Assembly: GCF_006345805.1 (NCBI RefSeq)
Contig: NW_021827388.1
Location: forward strand, 1-10,684
Source: Octopus sinensis
Lineage: Eukaryota
Reading direction: 5' to 3'
DNA length: 10,684 bases
The position numbers and the translations under genes are program-made. Under the pieces are notes generated by a model. The model did not search any database. It saw only the letters and a list, made by a program, of their open reading frames with translations, and was not told the DNA's origin. Every line of letters starts with the position of its first letter. The first letter of the stretch is position 1. Shown in pieces: positions 7,384-10,684 of this stretch.

Positions 7384-7597
7384 AATGAATCGTGGGCGGG
7401 AAGATGACAGCACCAAAGTACAGAATGAATTGTTGATTTTTATCTTGGGAAGGCGGAGTGAGAAGGGCGGCGGGTAGGGGATGGGGGTGTAGTCATCGAT
7501 AAAAATTATATCGATGTCCATCCATAATGGAAAAACGCCCACAGATGTTCTGACATGTCTTTGGCATATTCGGAAAGTACAGAAACGTCGGAACAAG

Positions 7598-7992
7598 TGT
7601 GTATGTGTGTGTATGTGTATTTGCATGAGGGTGTGTGTGTGTGTGTATGTGTATGTGTGTATATGTAAGTATGTGTGTATATGTATGTATGTGTTTGTAT
7701 CAGTGTATGTGTATGCGTGTAGATGTGTATATGCAAATCTGTTTGTGTGTGGCTTGTATGTGTGGACGTGTGTGTATGTGTGAATATGTGTGTATGTTTG
7801 CACATGTGAGTATGTGCGTATATGTGTGTGCATATGCGTATTTGCACGCAGATATATGTGTGAGCACATACGCGTGCACTTACACAGATGTGTGTGTATA
7901 TGTATCTGTGCAAACATATTTAGATATGCATCAGGGTTTGCGTGTACTTACGTATGTATGTGTGTATGTAAACATGTGTATGTGTATGTATG
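7598..7992. repeat. Degenerate (TG/TATG)n tract
   Basis: About 390 bp of largely alternating purine-pyrimidine sequence; source of the CV/YT-rich ORFs. Confidence 0.92.
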
Positions 7993-8453
7993 TCTAACTT
8001 TACATTCTGCTTTTATCTATTAAAGTTCTTTCGAGAATGAAGCAAATGGTTTCTCACAAAGAAACGAGAAGTCCATTATTGTTACATATCGAACTTTAAG
8101 AAAGTCTTGCATATTTTTACTCTTCCTCTTACAAATCGTACCTGTAAAGTTTGTGTTAATCGGTCTGTTTCTTAACTTAGAAATCTCAACTTCTCCCGAC
8201 TGTCCCTTAAACATTTACTAACATAATCAAATGCACCAATGAGGATTGGTATAAATATAAATTTAGTAGAGGAGTTGCAGGTTTTAAAGCACTTGTTTAT
8301 TGGTATTCTTTTCCCTTCTTTCTGATTTTGGAAGTGGTTCACATCTGCAAGACAGCTAACCTTAATGACTGCACATGTGTTTTTCTTTTCAGCCCTAATA
8401 ACTATGTCAGGTCTCTTATGATTATGGTTGGAAGAATTTTCTCTGACTGAGCG

Positions 8454-8454
<1 letters not shown>

Positions 8455-8534
<80 letters not shown>
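8455..8534. repeat. (TG)40 perfect microsatellite
   Basis: 80 bp uninterrupted. Confidence 0.98.
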
Positions 8535-8536
<2 letters not shown>

Positions 8537-9316
8537 CGAGCTTGCGATTTAATTAACATAGAATGTAAATGTGACAACTATGTTTCATACTCGAAAAGTA
8601 CAGTAATCGAACGTGCTTGTATAGAGTGCCGTGCATTATCCTGCAATTATTCAGAAACCCATATTTATTTTTGTGCCTGAACGATTACAGAATTAATACT
8701 CGGCGCGCCCTACAAGCTCGTTAGAGCATGAAAACTATAGTAGTCCACATTTAAATCCTGTGCTTATTAAGTGATATGTATCTCTCACTGGACGGAGTAC
8801 TCCACCTCTCTGTTGTTCTTATCAATAACGAAACAGTAAATTACACTGTGTAGCAATTTTAAAATTTCTTAAATTTTTGCTTTGGTCAGTAAGTGTTATT
8901 TTTATTTTTGCGTCTATCTAGAAACCAAAGGGAATGACTACAATTCCCTTCAAACTTTGCTTTTGTGACCTATTTTTTGAAACTGACCTATTTTCCGTTA
9001 TATTCCAGACAGATTTAGTGCTGAGTTGCAAATTTTCTGCTCAATACCACAGGTTTGCTTGTCAGTTGCTTGGCCTCAACCGACTAAGCAATATCCCTTA
9101 GTGGCTGACAATAAGTAGATCTGTGATCATGAGCAGGAGTTGTGAGGGAGCATCATAGCCATGTATTGAGAAGGATTCTTTGGGGGTTTGAAAATATATA
9201 TAACAAAAGCAAAGTTTGAAGAAGATATTAGCCCTTTTCCATACTTTCTAGGGGTAAGCAAAGAGCAAATAACAGTTACTACCCACACACAAAAATCATG
9301 TAAAACAGTGTTATAT

Positions 9317-9544
9317 TTCTTTACTACCCACAAGGGGCTAAACACAGAGGGGACAAACAAGGACACAAACGGATTAAGTCGATTACGTCGACACCAGTGC
9401 GTAACTGGTACTTAATTTATCGACCCCGAAAGGATGAAAGGCTAGGTCGACCTCGGCGGAATTTGAACTCGGAACGTAACCACGGACGAAATACGGCTAG
9501 GCATTTCGCCCGGCGAGCAAACGTTTCTGCCAGCTCACCGTCTT
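9317..9544 (-). mobile_element. tRNA-derived SINE, copy 2 (same family as 504-740), full length
   Basis: Aligns end to end with copy 1. B-box complement GGAATTTGAACTC at ~9458-9470. The 13-bp direct repeat AACAGTGTTATAT lies at 9304-9316 and 9556-9568, with 11 extra nt between the SINE 5' end and the right copy. Confidence 0.92.
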
Positions 9545-9964
9545 ATGTTATATATAACAGTGTTATATATGTTTGGTGTGGGTGTCAGTGTATGTGTATT
9601 TATGTACTTACGTACATGTGTAAGTATATATGTATATATGTATATACAACCACCTCTTACTCACAGGAGTTTGAAACTGCATTTTTGCCGTCCGGCTTCT
9701 CGGTGACAAGGTTATATAAAGAAAAAGGTCTCACATATCTCATTTCCACCCTTTTGTACAACACAGTTCATCCTTTAAATTTCAAGGAGTTATTGCAGAT
9801 TATAAATTGCCCCAGATATCGAAATTATCTGTAGAATGACAATCATGAAAAACTACGATTCTCCACCTTTCTGTAATCCAAGTTCAGCCATAGTCTTTAT
9901 CCAGACGGGTTGTCACATATCCTGTCACTCAGGTTATTAGGGATTTGGTGCATTGGATCTGCAC

Positions 9965-10412
9965 TTCCTCCTCCTCGTCGTCGTCGTCTCCTCCTCCTCC
10001 TCGTCCTCGTCCTCGTTCTCCTCCTCGTCCTCCTCGTCCTCCTCGTCCTACTCCTCGTCCTCCGCCTCCTCCTCGTCCTCCTACTCCTCGTCTTCCTCCT
10101 CCTCCGCCTCCTCCTCCTCCTACTCCTCGTCCTCCTCCTCCGCCTCCTCCTCGTCCTCCTACTCCTCGTCCTCTTCGTCTTCCTCCTCCTCCGCCTCCAT
10201 CGTCCTCCTGCTCCTCCTCCTCGTCCTCCCCCTCCGCCTCCTCCGCCTCCTCCGCCTCCTCCTCCTCGTCCTCCTACTCCTCGTCGCCCTCCTCCTCCGC
10301 CTCGTCCTCGTCCTCCTACTCCTCGTCGTCCTCCTCCTCCGCCTCCTCCTCCTCTCCTCCCAGCCCTCCTCCTCCTCCTCCTCCGCCTCCTCCTCCTCCT
10401 CTTCATCCTCCT
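9965..10412. repeat. (CTC/GTC)n low-complexity tract with a recurring CTACTCCTCGTC marker
   Basis: Marker at 10048, 10081, 10120, 10159, 10274 and 10316; source of the poly-S, poly-P, poly-R and poly-E ORFs. Confidence 0.93.
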
Positions 10413-10512
10413 GCTCCCGGGCGACCCGTCGACTAGACTCCCAACCAGTCCTCCTCTCCGCGAGATACTTCTGCTTCCTCATCTGCCGTGACTATATGAT
10501 ATGCTGATACGA

Positions 10513-10684
10513 AGGCGGCGAGCTGGCAGAAACGTTAGCACGCCGGGCGAAATGCGTAGCCGTATTTCGTCTGCCGTTACGTTCCGAGTTCAAATTCCGC
10601 CGAGGTCGACTTTGCCTTTCATCCTTTCGGGGGTCGATTAAATAAGTACCAGTTACGCACTGGTGTCGATATAATCGATTTAAT
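10513..10684 (+). mobile_element. tRNA-derived SINE, copy 3 (runs off the window end)
   Basis: Starts AGGCGGCGAGCTGGCAGAAACGTTAG; B-box GAGTTCAAATTCC at 10586-10598. By manual count it differs from the reverse complement of copy 2 by about 15 mismatches and 1 indel over 172 nt. Confidence 0.92.

Noticed and set aside
8020-8214. Short non-repetitive ORFs on both strands
   Set aside because: About 60 codons, no recognisable motif and no matched splice pair.
8940-9195. Segment that seems familiar as another octopus interspersed repeat
   Set aside because: No second copy, TSD, TIR or promoter boxes in this window; recollection alone is insufficient. A RepeatMasker or BLASTN run would decide.
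9661-9834. Candidate exon: plus-strand acceptor CTTACTCACAG|G with an open frame to 9834, or minus-strand acceptor at 9829 with donors GTGAGT/GTAAGA at 9664/9660
   Set aside because: The minus-strand version has stops in all three frames, and I do not recognise the plus-strand peptide (EFETAFLPSGF...). ACTCAC reads as a donor complement and part of an acceptor, so such coincidences are expected. RNA-seq would be needed.
9897-10507. Ser-, Pro-, Arg- or Glu-rich ORFs
   Set aside because: All are readings of the (CTC/GTC)n tract.

Overview
Repeat-saturated, non-genic eukaryotic DNA (intergenic or intronic). It is most likely from an octopus or another coleoid cephalopod; this is inferred from the SINE types and the extreme microsatellite density, not from a search. 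I found no credible intact protein-coding gene: nearly all supplied ORFs are stop-free readings of simple or tandem repeats. The window is a layered transposon graveyard. From left to right: (1) a decayed hAT (Buster/Charlie/SPIN-like) transposase 3' part (~3-870), split by a tRNA-derived SINE with a perfect 25-bp target-site duplication; (2) a decayed fragment resembling the RT-to-GIY-YIG linker of a Penelope-like retroelement, 96 bp of which is amplified into a 7-copy hairpin-bearing minisatellite (973-1649); (3) an apparently complete 515-bp non-autonomous Helitron (A|TC...hairpin...CTAG|T, 1831-2345); (4) a tRNA/CORE-type SINE (2775-3112); (5) two diverged copies of a ~200-bp dispersed element (~3169-3370 and ~6685-6940), the second of which seeds an 8-copy 63-bp minisatellite (6878-7383); (6) two more copies of the first SINE in inverted orientation (9317-9544 minus, 10513-end plus). 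Long compound microsatellites fill the gaps. The most notable observation is that both minisatellites can be traced to specific transposon fragments within this window. I see no CRISPR-like or otherwise new protein-based system.
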